Shown: positions 44,307 through 53,065, counted from the stretch's first letter. The stretch: 64,000 nt of DNA from Alphaproteobacteria bacterium (GCA_965218865.1 CBDCME010000027.1:14991-78990), one strand, 5' to 3'. Notes: generated by a model not told the origin, from the letters alone. Numbers and translations are program-made.

Positions 44307-44676
44307 TCACTTGTTCGCGTCACGCCGCTTTTTCGCGACCGCATCCGCCGATAACGGATCGGCGCCCTCGAATTCCAACTCGAGCGGTTTCTCGTCCGTC
44401 GCCTCGTTCAGGGAGGTTCCCTTGGCTGCTCGCAAGAGCCATCTGCGGGCCTGGTCGGTGTCCTTTTTGACGCCTTGTCCGATGTGGTACATCACCCCGA
44501 CGAATACCTGGGCCTCAACATTCCCCGTCTGCGCAAGAGGCAGCAAGATTCGGAACGCGGTCGCGTAATCCTGGACCAGGTACGGACACCCCAGCCTGAA
44601 AATCCGCCCGCGCCGGAAGCACGCAGACGACCGTCAAGACTATCGCGAGCGCGATCCGCCGTATCGTCGATTTCAT
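44307..44676 (-). pseudogene. small exported Sel1-repeat protein disrupted by a 1-nt frameshift near 44590
   Basis: The signal peptide plus DFQAGV is in one frame. PYLVQDYATAFRILLPLAQTGNVEAQVFVGVMYHIGQGV continues in another frame. Confidence 0.55.
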
Positions 44677-44853
44677 GGCCACTCCAGCGCCGTTCCTTCC
44701 CCTGTTGAATAGTCCGAAAACCCCCTGGCCGCAACCGGGTTACCACCGATAACGATTGGGGGTTCGTTCGGGGTGGTGGCAACTTTATCGTTGGTCTGAT
44801 ATGAGCACAACAGTGTGCTCCCTGGCACACCGTCCCTTTCGACGAACCCGCAT

Positions 44854-45102
44854 TCAGCGCGCGTCATCGAAGAATTGAAACATAGCGGATGCAGGAAGAG
44901 TGATCGGCGGGGCGCCAACCTGTCGAATGAGATATGGCCCCCGGCCAAACCGACGCACGGCTTCGGTCGCGGCGTTGTCGAGTGAATCGTACGCACCGAT
45001 GAATTCACCATCATGGAACACGACCCACTTGCCATGATGATGTTGCTCAAGCTCTTCGCGCTTGGCGTCGTACGCCGCGATGTCTTTGTCTAGTTCCGCC
45101 AT
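44854..45102 (-). CDS. small hypothetical protein of 82 aa
   Basis: Compact ORF with sequence HGKWVVFHDGEFIGAYDSLDNAATEAVRRFG. No function assigned. Confidence 0.4.
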   Translation of the reverse strand: MAELDKDIAAYDAKREELEQHHHGKWVVFHDGEFIGAYDSLDNAATEAVRRFGRGPYLIRQVGAPPITLPASAMFQFFDDAR

Positions 45103-45429
45103 CGGAGAATTCCCCTACCGCAAAAACCTAAGCATAGGAAGCATGTGTTGCACAACAATGAACGGCAGCCCCCATCGAGGTGTCCAATTATTTTGTGTAA
45201 TGATACCCGCCACGGCATGCTCCCACAAGTTGCGCAGTGATGACGGTGGACATGACCGTGCGACGAAAGCTGGGTTCGGGGGACGCGATACTTGATCTTT
45301 TATGCCCACCGCTCGTCAGCCGTGAGGATCAGATGGACCTGGTTGGACAAGCTCGGCGTCCGCATCTCTCCTTTCGGGGCCTACTCGGAGTTCACTCGCG
45401 ACCCGCTGGGTTGCTCAGCCGCCCAAGGC

Positions 45430-45653
45430 GGCCTTTGTCGCGGGGCTTCGATCCAGCCGGTACCCCAACCAAACCGCCCGCCAGCACCCAACCAACAATT
45501 ATCCGCGTGGAACCTGCCTCCACTGGCATTCCGCGCCCTCGTGGCGCACTAAAGAGGCGAAGTCTCAAGGGGTAACGGTCCTGGCAACCCGAAAGCCGAT
45601 GAAGCTGTAGCGGACGGAGGCGACGTCCCCGAGCCGAATTGTACGTCTCCAGC
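45430..45653 (-). pseudogene. decayed partial copy of the 3' end of a DGR-type FGE target gene
   Basis: Only 29 codons (45653-45564) remain open. They end ...SFIGFRVARTVTP*, which is 75-90% identical at the nucleotide level to the 3' end of the caspase-FGE gene. The adjoining 45430-45548 is homologous to 50790-50935. Confidence 0.55.
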
Positions 45654-45886
45654 TTTATCGAGGATTCCGATATTTCCGGCGGCCGGAACATCCCCTCGAC
45701 CCGGCACTCGGTAGTTCGTGTTACTGGGCGGCCATGCCTATATAGTCGCCCGTGAAGAACGCGTAAGCGGCTGATGTTGGTAGCTCTTTCGGTTTGGCGA
45801 AGTAATCGGATTTGCAAGAAAACGGGTTTTGGGCCTGAAAAGCTTGCGATTTGAAATAATTGATTTTGGGGATTCCCTTCCGTTGC

Positions 45887-47338
45887 GGAACGTGATTCTC
45901 TGCTCCCGTCGATTGGGATTGGAGAACTGTGATGAAGCCATCGCGCAAGGTGTCATCGGGAATAGAGGACCTGTTCCGCTCGCGGTTCGAAAACATCATC
46001 AACCTGCGCCACGAGTTGGTGGTGTTGGGGGGCCGGATCGCGTGGACTTTCTTCGACGAGACCTATGAAGCCTTGTATTCGGAGGAGGGTCGGCCGGGGG
46101 TCCCGACGCGGTTGATGGTTGGGCTGCACATCCTCAAGCATATGTTCGATCTCTCGGATGAGGAGGTCTGCGAGCGCTGGGTCTACGACCCATACTTCCA
46201 GTGCTTCTGCGGCGAAGAGTACTTTCAGCATGAGCTGCCCATGGAGCGCTCGTCGATGACCCGGTGGCGGGACCGGATCGGTCCGGAAGGTTTGGAGAAG
46301 GTATTCCAGGAGAGCCTGGCCGTGGCCCACCGGGTGGGGGCGCTGCGGGAGAAGGACCTCGAGCGGGTGATGGTGGACACCACCGTACAAGAGAAGGCGA
46401 TTGCCTTTCCGACCGCCGCCAAACTGATGCAACGAGCCCGCGAGCGGCTGGTGCGACTGGCACGGGAGCACGGCATTGCCCTGCGTCAGTCCTATACCCG
46501 CCTGGGCAAGAGGGCGTTGATCATGCAAGGCCGCTACCGCCATGCCAAACAGCACAAGCGGGCCAACAAGGCCCTGCGCAAGCTCAAGACCTATCTCGGG
46601 CGCACCGTCCGCGACATCCGCCGCAAGACGGCCCAGGAGGAGAGCCTACGGGATACCTTCCGCCGCCCCTTGTGGCTGGCCGAGCGGGTGTCGACCCAGA
46701 AGCGGCGCGACCCCTTGCCCAAGGTCTATTCGCTCCACGCGCCCGAGGTCGAATGCATCGGCAAAGGGAAGGCGCACAAGCCGTACGAGTTCGGCTGCAA
46801 GGTCTCCGTGGCGGCGACCAATTCCCGCCCCCCCGGCGGCCAGTTCGTCGCCCACGTCAAGGCCTTCCACGGCAATCCCTATGATGGCCACACCTTGAGG
46901 CAGGTGATCGAAGAGATGGAACGCTGGACGGGGATATCGGCCGAGCGCATCTATGTCGACAAGGGATACCAGGGCCACTATTACCCCAACAAACACCGCG
47001 TCTTTAGATCAGGCCAGAAACGCGGCATCACGCCGACGATCAAGAAGGAGCTCAGGCGGCGCTCCGCCGTCGAGGCCGTGATCGGACATCTCAAGAGCGA
47101 TGGCAGGCTGGGGCGCAACTTCCTCAAAGGCCGCGACGGCGACAAGATCAACGCCATCCTCGCCGGCGCCGGCTACAACTACCGCCTTGTCCTCAAATGG
47201 CTGAGGCGTTTGTTTGTCCAAATCCTGGCCGCGCTCCTCAGCGACATCTCGCACCCCACCGCAAACCCAATCGCCGCTTCAGATTGAAATCAGGGTTCTT
47301 CACGGACGACTCTATAAATGCGCCCCGCAAGGATGTGG
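45887..47338 (+). mobile_element. IS5-family insertion sequence of about 1.45 kb
   Basis: Imperfect terminal inverted repeats: GGGATTCCCTTCCGTTGCGG at about 45889 and the complement of AATCCCACATCCTTGCGG at about 47319. Boundaries are good to within +/-10 bp. Confidence 0.6.
45929..47287 (+). CDS. IS5-family transposase (DDE), intact, 452 aa
   Basis: Shows DTTVQEKAIAFPT, YEFGCKVS, YVDKGYQG and AGYNYRLVL. Confidence 0.75.
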   Translation: MMKPSRKVSSGIEDLFRSRFENIINLRHELVVLGGRIAWTFFDETYEALYSEEGRPGVPTRLMVGLHILKHMFDLSDEEVCERWVYDPYFQCFCGEEYFQHELPMERSSMTRWRDRIGPEGLEKVFQESLAVAHRVGALREKDLERVMVDTTVQEKAIAFPTAAKLMQRARERLVRLAREHGIALRQSYTRLGKRALIMQGRYRHAKQHKRANKALRKLKTYLGRTVRDIRRKTAQEESLRDTFRRPLWLAERVSTQKRRDPLPKVYSLHAPEVECIGKGKAHKPYEFGCKVSVAATNSRPPGGQFVAHVKAFHGNPYDGHTLRQVIEEMERWTGISAERIYVDKGYQGHYYPNKHRVFRSGQKRGITPTIKKELRRRSAVEAVIGHLKSDGRLGRNFLKGRDGDKINAILAGAGYNYRLVLKWLRRLFVQILAALLSDISHPTANPIAASD

Positions 47339-47403
47339 GATTTGTGCTCCCAGATCGGGAACAAATCACTTGATCCCATTTTGGGATCGGAGTAGGGTGG
47401 GTC

Positions 47404-47712
47404 ATGAGGATTATCGCCCGAAGGACGCTCAAAGTGTTCTGGGAGCGGCATCCCCTCGCCGAGCAACCCTTGAAGGCGTGGTTCAGGTTTGCAAAGGCTG
47501 CCCTTTGGGATTCACCGGCGGCCGTGAGGACGGACTACCGAAGCGCGAGCATCCTCGAAGATAACGGGGTTTGCTTCAACATCGGCGGAAACAGGTTCCG
47601 CCTGGTCGTGAAGATAAATTACCCATACCGAATTGTTTACATTCGGTTTGTCGGTACCCATGCCGAGTACGACAGGGTGGACGCGACGAAGGTTTGGGAG
47701 TTCCGACGATGA
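47404..47712 (+). CDS. higB: type II toxin HigB (RelE/ParE superfamily)
   Basis: Shows FNIGGNRFRLVVKINYPYRIVYIRFVGTHAEYD. It is upstream of an HTH antitoxin and overlaps it by 4 bp. Confidence 0.75.
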   Translation: MRIIARRTLKVFWERHPLAEQPLKAWFRFAKAALWDSPAAVRTDYRSASILEDNGVCFNIGGNRFRLVVKINYPYRIVYIRFVGTHAEYDRVDATKVWEFRR

Positions 47713-48092
47713 AAATAATGCCGATCAAGGATGAAGGGGATTACGCGGCCGCGGTGGTCGAAATCGACGGCCTGATGGACGCCGAACCGGACACCCCCGA
47801 GGGCGACCGTCTCGACGTCCTGACCACGCTTGTCGCGGATTGGGAGGAGAACCACCACGCGATCGAGGAACCGGACCCGATCGAGGCCATCGTTCACCGC
47901 ATGGAAGCCCTTGGTCTGGAACGCAAGGACCTGGAGCCGATGATCGGCACCCGGGCCCGGGTCTCCGAGGTTCTCGGCCGCAAGCGCCCGCTGACGATCA
48001 AGATGATCCGGCGACTCAACAAGGAATTGCGAATTTCGGCGGACGTGCTGATCCGTGCCTACGACGTTGAGGAATCCACCCCTTTAGCATGA
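47709..48092 (+). CDS. higA: HigA-type antitoxin with a C-terminal XRE-family HTH
   Basis: Shows LEPMIGTRARVSEVLGRKRPLTIKMIRRLNKELRISADVLI. Confidence 0.7.
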   Translation: MKIMPIKDEGDYAAAVVEIDGLMDAEPDTPEGDRLDVLTTLVADWEENHHAIEEPDPIEAIVHRMEALGLERKDLEPMIGTRARVSEVLGRKRPLTIKMIRRLNKELRISADVLIRAYDVEESTPLA

Positions 48093-48261
48093 CAGCGCCT
48101 TCAAGGGCCTCCAACTCCGTGGCCTGGATGCGATCCCCGAGAAGGAATCTCTGGCTCCTCGGAAACTTCTCGACCGTTGGGACGAGCCAGAGAATAAACA
48201 CGTACATTTGCTCCGACGCCGGGCCAGTGCGCCGGGACCCGTCGGCCAGCTTTCCATCCAT
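48016..48261 (-). pseudogene. truncated Avd-like (DGR accessory variability determinant, four-helix-bundle) gene
   Basis: YVFILWLVPTVEKFPRSQRFLLGDRIQATELEALEG aligns with the Avd helix-1/2 region. The last ~25 codons are read from the antisense of the higA 3' end. The gene lies just downstream of the VR-bearing gene on the same strand. Confidence 0.4.
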
Positions 48262-48286
48262 CGCTTCAATATCCCAAAAAATTTCG

Positions 48287-48303
48287 CTGGGGCTCCGCCC
48301 CAG
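48287..48303 (-). other. GC-rich hairpin, ctggggc-tcc-gccccag, about 25 nt downstream of the VR-bearing gene's stop
   Basis: 7-bp stem with a 3-nt loop. The position matches the hairpin that follows a DGR variable region. Confidence 0.4.
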
Positions 48304-48328
48304 TTCCAAGAGGTTAAGATTTAAAGTG

Positions 48329-50686
48329 TCAAGGAGTAACAGTCCTGGCAACCCGGAAGCCGATGTCGTCGCTTCGGTTGGAGGTGTCGTCCCCGGCCCG
48401 ATTCGCGGAACGTACGACCCTCGGAGTGCCGTCCCAGGAGCCGCCGCGCAGAACACGGCGAGAACAATTTCCCTTTGTCCAAGCCGAGACATTTGATGGT
48501 GCACCCCTATACGAGTCGTTCCAGCAATCCCCGACCCATGCCCACACGTTGCCCAGCACGTCATGCAAACCAAACCCATTGGCCTGAAATCTCCCCACCG
48601 GTGCCGTCTGACCATAGCCATCGCGACAATCGTGATGCACCCATGAAAATCCGTTTTCCGATTTACTGGTTTGGTCATGTACGTTCGCGTAGCCGCAGGC
48701 ACCGCTTGAATTGCTTCCCCAATAACGGGCTGCCGTCGTCCTGGCCCGCGCCGCGTATTCCCATTCCGCTTCGCTCGGCAGACGGTATTCCTTCCCCGTC
48801 TTTCCGCTCAGCCAACGGACGTAGGCTTTCGCGTCTTGCCAATTGACGCAGGCAACAGGATGGGAATCGCTCTGTGAATATCCCGGATCGCGCCAGTTCC
48901 GGGACGAATCTTCTTGCCATTCGCCAGCTTGATAAATCCGACAACCGTCGCTCGTCTTGTGGCCCGTGGCGCGGACAAAAGCTTCAAACCCCCCTCGCGT
49001 CACCTCGTACTTGCCCAAGGCAAAGGCTCGGGGAATCCGAACCTCGTGCTGAGGTCCCTCGTCGTCGTAACGCCCCTTCTCGCTTGCCGGAGACCCCATC
49101 GTGAAATTGCCCGCCGGGATCACCCCCATCTCTGGGCACTCGGGGCAGTCCTTAAAGGTGGAACCAGGTTCCTTCGTTCCCGGATAAATCCCCACCGCCG
49201 GCTGGGCCGGGGTTTCCGGCGCCGGCCTTTGCGGTACGGTCACCGCCGCGTACTGCTTGGCCCGGGCTCGGGCCAGAGAGGCAAATCTCCCCTTGGGGTA
49301 GGTTTCCAAATAAGCCTTGTAGTCCGCCGCGCTCGTGCTGTTCTTGACCGAATCCCAGAAAGCGATCTCGGCGGCAAGCGGATCGAGCTTCGCCGGTTCG
49401 GCCGGCGCCGGCGGCTCTGCCAGCGGTTCCCCCAGGAGCTTTGCGTAAACGTAAGCCGGTTTGCCTTCGTCCCCCTCGACCCGGTACCACTCCGCGTCCT
49501 TGACCTTACCGGTCACGGTTACGTGTTCGCCGGCCGACAGCTTCCCCACCTTCTCGTAGTCCGTCGACGGACCCGCCCGCAGGTTCACCGTCTTCACCGC
49601 CACCAGTTCGGTATCCATCGGGGCCACCACGATCTTCGGTGGGACAACCACGGCGACCTGCTTGTCCTCTTTCAGGCCGTCGAGGTGGCTCCTCGCGAGA
49701 GAGGCAAAGGCGCCGTCGGGATATTGAGCCAGATATCCCTCGAAATCGCGTGCCCTCCCACTGGCCTTGACCGACTGCCAATACTCCAATTCCATCGCCC
49801 GTTCGTCGAAGGCCGGCGGCGCCGGGGATATAGCGTCGCGCGGGATCGCCACCGTTCCCTTGATTTCGATGGGTATGAACAGAAAATCGCCGCCTTCGTG
49901 CGCCGCCATGCGGATATCCGAGTATTGGGGCGTTTGATCGGCGTTCATGACCACTGACTGGCGTACCTCGCGGAAAAGCTCCTGGCCGTCGAGGATGGTG
50001 TCGTTTTCGCGCAACGCCGTAAGAAACGCGGCGGCGAACACCGAATGCCCGCCGCTGCCGGCGTCCACCACCGGCTCCAGTCCGCCTGAAACCAACGCCG
50101 TGCGCGCCCGCTTGGCCGCCATGCGCCGCAGGTATTCGCTTCGATCGTCGCCCGTTCGAAGCTTGCCCGTTTCGGTCCGAACCAAGGTTCCGGAGTAACA
50201 CGAATCGGCCACCACCAGGACGTGCCGAGCCGTCATCGCCTTGAGGTGGCGGGTGATGGCGCGGACCGGAATCCAGTGGGTATCGCTTTCAGGCTCCGCG
50301 TCCACCGGCTGCCAGTAGCCGGTGCCGGTCTCGCGATCCAAGGTGCCGTGGCCAGCGTAGTAGATCAAAAGCCGGTCGTCCGGCGTCAAATTCCCGCGGT
50401 AACGGTTTATTTCCTCCAGAATGTCCGCGCGGGTGGCGTTGAGGATGAGTTTGACATCATAGTCGTACTTGAGCTTGAGCAGTTCGGCCACGGCGGCGGC
50501 GTCGCTGACCGCTGTTTTCAGCCGCGTCATATGGGCGTATTCGTTGTTGCCGATGACCAGCGCGTGGTAGTCACCGGCCACGTCGGCGATGACCGACGCG
50601 TCGCCGGTGGTTTCCACGACGGCGTGCCCCGCCACGAGCATCGCGCCTAGCGTCAGCGGAATGAAGGTCTGCCGGAATCGCCTCAC
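48329..50686 (-). CDS. exported caspase (peptidase C14)-SH3b-FGE/SUMF1 fusion protein with a DGR-type variable C-terminus
   Basis: Signal peptide. Caspase His/Cys dyad in YYAGHG and VVADSCYSG. Two YWQSVK/FWDSVK repeats. FGE fold with RLPSEAEWEYAAR. C-terminus reads VLRGGSW-DGT-PRVVRSANR-AGDDTS-NRS-DD-IGFRVAR. Confidence 0.8.
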   Translation of the reverse strand: MRRFRQTFIPLTLGAMLVAGHAVVETTGDASVIADVAGDYHALVIGNNEYAHMTRLKTAVSDAAAVAELLKLKYDYDVKLILNATRADILEEINRYRGNLTPDDRLLIYYAGHGTLDRETGTGYWQPVDAEPESDTHWIPVRAITRHLKAMTARHVLVVADSCYSGTLVRTETGKLRTGDDRSEYLRRMAAKRARTALVSGGLEPVVDAGSGGHSVFAAAFLTALRENDTILDGQELFREVRQSVVMNADQTPQYSDIRMAAHEGGDFLFIPIEIKGTVAIPRDAISPAPPAFDERAMELEYWQSVKASGRARDFEGYLAQYPDGAFASLARSHLDGLKEDKQVAVVVPPKIVVAPMDTELVAVKTVNLRAGPSTDYEKVGKLSAGEHVTVTGKVKDAEWYRVEGDEGKPAYVYAKLLGEPLAEPPAPAEPAKLDPLAAEIAFWDSVKNSTSAADYKAYLETYPKGRFASLARARAKQYAAVTVPQRPAPETPAQPAVGIYPGTKEPGSTFKDCPECPEMGVIPAGNFTMGSPASEKGRYDDEGPQHEVRIPRAFALGKYEVTRGGFEAFVRATGHKTSDGCRIYQAGEWQEDSSRNWRDPGYSQSDSHPVACVNWQDAKAYVRWLSGKTGKEYRLPSEAEWEYAARARTTAARYWGSNSSGACGYANVHDQTSKSENGFSWVHHDCRDGYGQTAPVGRFQANGFGLHDVLGNVWAWVGDCWNDSYRGAPSNVSAWTKGNCSRRVLRGGSWDGTPRVVRSANRAGDDTSNRSDDIGFRVARTVTP

Positions 50687-50755
50687 CGAGGTCCCCCTTT
50701 CCTGACATTATAGCAAGGAGGAGGGTTATGTGCCGGCAAATAGAAAATCCCGCGC

Positions 50756-51025
50756 TCAGCGGAGGTGGTGGTTGTCACCGCCGATCACGGGGCCAATCGG
50801 AATCGTCCACTGTTGCGGCGGGGCTTCGATCCAGCCGCTTGACCGACCAATCCCCCCGCCAGCACCCCCCCATAAATTGTCCGCTTGGAAGTTCACACGA
50901 CTGGCATTCCAAGTCCCCTTGGCGCACTCTTTGTCGTCTCCGTTCGTCAACGACCTGCACCACGGTTTCAGGTCACAAACGATGGCGCGCCCGCCGGTGA
51001 GAAACCGAGCCGCCGCCGTACCCAT
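50756..51025 (-). CDS. small Cys/Gly-rich hypothetical protein
   Basis: The ORF is open to 51100; start chosen at an internal Met. Its C-terminal half (..NAS..GAGGG..GWIEAP) has a decayed homologue at 45430-45548. Confidence 0.3.
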   Translation of the reverse strand: MGTAAARFLTGGRAIVCDLKPWCRSLTNGDDKECAKGTWNASRVNFQADNLWGGAGGGIGRSSGWIEAPPQQWTIPIGPVIGGDNHHLR

Positions 51026-51102
51026 GACGTCAGGTGAACGTTTCGTTGTATAGTGTTGTACGAATTGATTTTTATGGTATTGTGATGGTGTTGTTCTCAA
51101 GG

Positions 51103-51993
51103 ATGGTAGGAGCAGTCGTGGGGGGAATCGGCGACAGATTGGCGGGGGCGGCCCTTGCCATCGTCATCGCGATCGCGGCTTGGCCCGGGGTCGCCGGGGC
51201 CGGTGATTGGCGGGATCGCAAGACGATCGAGGCCGTCTTGCACCCGGAAAGATATACGGCCTTCGTCGGTATCGAGGATCCCGATGCCTTCGAGCGCGCC
51301 TGGGAAACCAACAAACCATGGGTTCTGGCGAATTTGGCCCACGCCGCTTATTTCGACGAGGACAAATTGTGTGCCTTGCTGGCGCCGTTCCTGCGCGCCG
51401 CGAATCCCTGCGAGCCGACCGCGACACCGGGGCCGCCACGGCTTCACGTCTATTCCAACGACGGATCCCAAGGTTATCTTGCCGTCTGGCCGGACAAGGC
51501 GGTCCTTGTTTTCCGCGGTACCGAGGTCCACAGCCACACCGACCTCCTCGCCGACGCCGATTTTATCCTTCAAGAACCGCTCGGGGAGGCTCGGGTGCAT
51601 CGGGGCTATCTCCGCGAACTCAACAAAATATGGCCGAATGTCTCCCGTGACTTGGAAACCTACCGCGAACTTCCGCCGATCCCGATCTGGGTTACGGGCC
51701 ACAGCATGGGCGCGGCGATGGCGACCCTCGCCGGGATGCGGGGGATTCCCTTCGAAGCGATCATCACTTTCGGAGAACCGAGAGTGGGACTCAACATCGC
51801 CTCGGCGTTTATGGCGAAACGCCACGTCCGCTACGTCAACGGGTACGACCCGGCCATCCACTATCCCTTCCCGATCGGCTATGAACACCATGGAGAAAAA
51901 GTCGAAATCGTCGATCCGGACGGGCCCAGAATATTCCATGACCACGCGATCGTTTATTATTCCGCGATTCTCGGGCGGGGGATGAACGAATGA
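51103..51993 (+). CDS. exported class-3 lipase (alpha/beta hydrolase)
   Basis: GHSMGAAMATL nucleophile elbow and a signal peptide. Start is at ATG 51103 or GTG 51118. Confidence 0.7.
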   Translation: MVGAVVGGIGDRLAGAALAIVIAIAAWPGVAGAGDWRDRKTIEAVLHPERYTAFVGIEDPDAFERAWETNKPWVLANLAHAAYFDEDKLCALLAPFLRAANPCEPTATPGPPRLHVYSNDGSQGYLAVWPDKAVLVFRGTEVHSHTDLLADADFILQEPLGEARVHRGYLRELNKIWPNVSRDLETYRELPPIPIWVTGHSMGAAMATLAGMRGIPFEAIITFGEPRVGLNIASAFMAKRHVRYVNGYDPAIHYPFPIGYEHHGEKVEIVDPDGPRIFHDHAIVYYSAILGRGMNE

Positions 51994-53006
51994 CCCCATT
52001 TCGCGCCGCTTCGGCCAATTCGCGCCATGGAAGAATCCCTTCGACGATCGTTTGGATCGTTTTCGTGTTTTCCTGGCTCGCCGCGACGGGGACCCTCGCG
52101 GCCGAACGCGATTTTTCCGTCTGGCTCGCCGAATTTCGCCAGGAAGCCACCCAGGCGGGGATTTCCCGCGCCACGCTCGAGGCGGCGTTCGCGGACACCA
52201 TGCCGATCCCGAGGATCGTCGAACTGGATCGGAAACAACCGGAATTTACCCAAACCTTTTCCGAGTACATGGCATTGCGGGTCACCGACGCCCTGGTGGA
52301 AGAGGGGCGCCAAGCGCTGCGCGCCAATCGCGACGCGCTCGAGGAAATCGGCCGCGAATACGGTGTCCAACCGCGATTCATCGTCGCCTTGTGGGGGGTT
52401 GAAACTCGGTACGGCACCTATACTGGGGGGTTTCCGGTGATCGACGCTCTCGCCACCTTGGCTTTCGACGCCCGCCGCGCCAGCTATTTCCGGGGCGAGC
52501 TCTTGAACGCCCTGAAGATTCTCGACGCCGGCCACATCTCGGTCGCCGATATGAAGGGTTCCTGGGCCGGGGCCATGGGCCAGAGTCAATTCATGCCGTC
52601 CACTTTTCTCCGTTCCGCGGTCGATCACGACGGCGACGGCCGCCGCGACATCTGGAATACGCCGGCCGACGTCTTCGCCTCGGCCGCCAATTACCTCACC
52701 CGGCTGGGTTGGCGTGACGATCAAACCTGGGGTCGTGAGGTCCGTCTCCCGGCGGATTTCGACCCCGAGTTGGTGGGCCACGAGACCATAAAACCGCTTG
52801 GGGATTGGCAAGCCCTAGGGGTTCGCCGAGCGGATGGTAGCAATCTCCCACGGCGCCAACTCGAAGCCTCGGTCATTCTGCCGGGCGGGCAGGGAGGACC
52901 CGCCTACGTCGTGTACGATAACTACCGCCGAATCCGAAAATGGAATCGCTCCGATTATTTTGCCATGTCCGTGGGAAGACTGTCGGATTTAGTGGGCCAA
53001 TACTAG
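51990..53006 (+). CDS. mltB: lytic murein transglycosylase (MltB family)
   Basis: Conserved MltB lysozyme-like core ..GAMGQSQFMPSTF... Confidence 0.75.
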   Translation: MTPFRAASANSRHGRIPSTIVWIVFVFSWLAATGTLAAERDFSVWLAEFRQEATQAGISRATLEAAFADTMPIPRIVELDRKQPEFTQTFSEYMALRVTDALVEEGRQALRANRDALEEIGREYGVQPRFIVALWGVETRYGTYTGGFPVIDALATLAFDARRASYFRGELLNALKILDAGHISVADMKGSWAGAMGQSQFMPSTFLRSAVDHDGDGRRDIWNTPADVFASAANYLTRLGWRDDQTWGREVRLPADFDPELVGHETIKPLGDWQALGVRRADGSNLPRRQLEASVILPGGQGGPAYVVYDNYRRIRKWNRSDYFAMSVGRLSDLVGQY

Positions 53007-53065
53007 AGAGGACAAGAATTCGTGACGGCGGTTGACATACGGCGTGGGTTGGGGGAATTTCGGCC

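Noticed and set aside
45564-45653. Considered as the DGR template repeat for the caspase-FGE variable region
   Set aside because: It is not adenine/AAC-rich. Its variable codons are themselves mutated (GAC, GTC, TAC and others). It has indels and a local inversion relative to the VR. It is a second decayed VR, not a TR.
48016-48702. 228-aa minus-strand ORF
   Set aside because: Only the 48016-48261 part (Avd-like) is plausible. The upstream part is an alternative frame across the 3' end of the caspase-FGE gene.
51097-52811. Long minus-strand ORFs of 300, 193 and 284 aa
   Set aside because: Antisense to the lipase and mltB genes.
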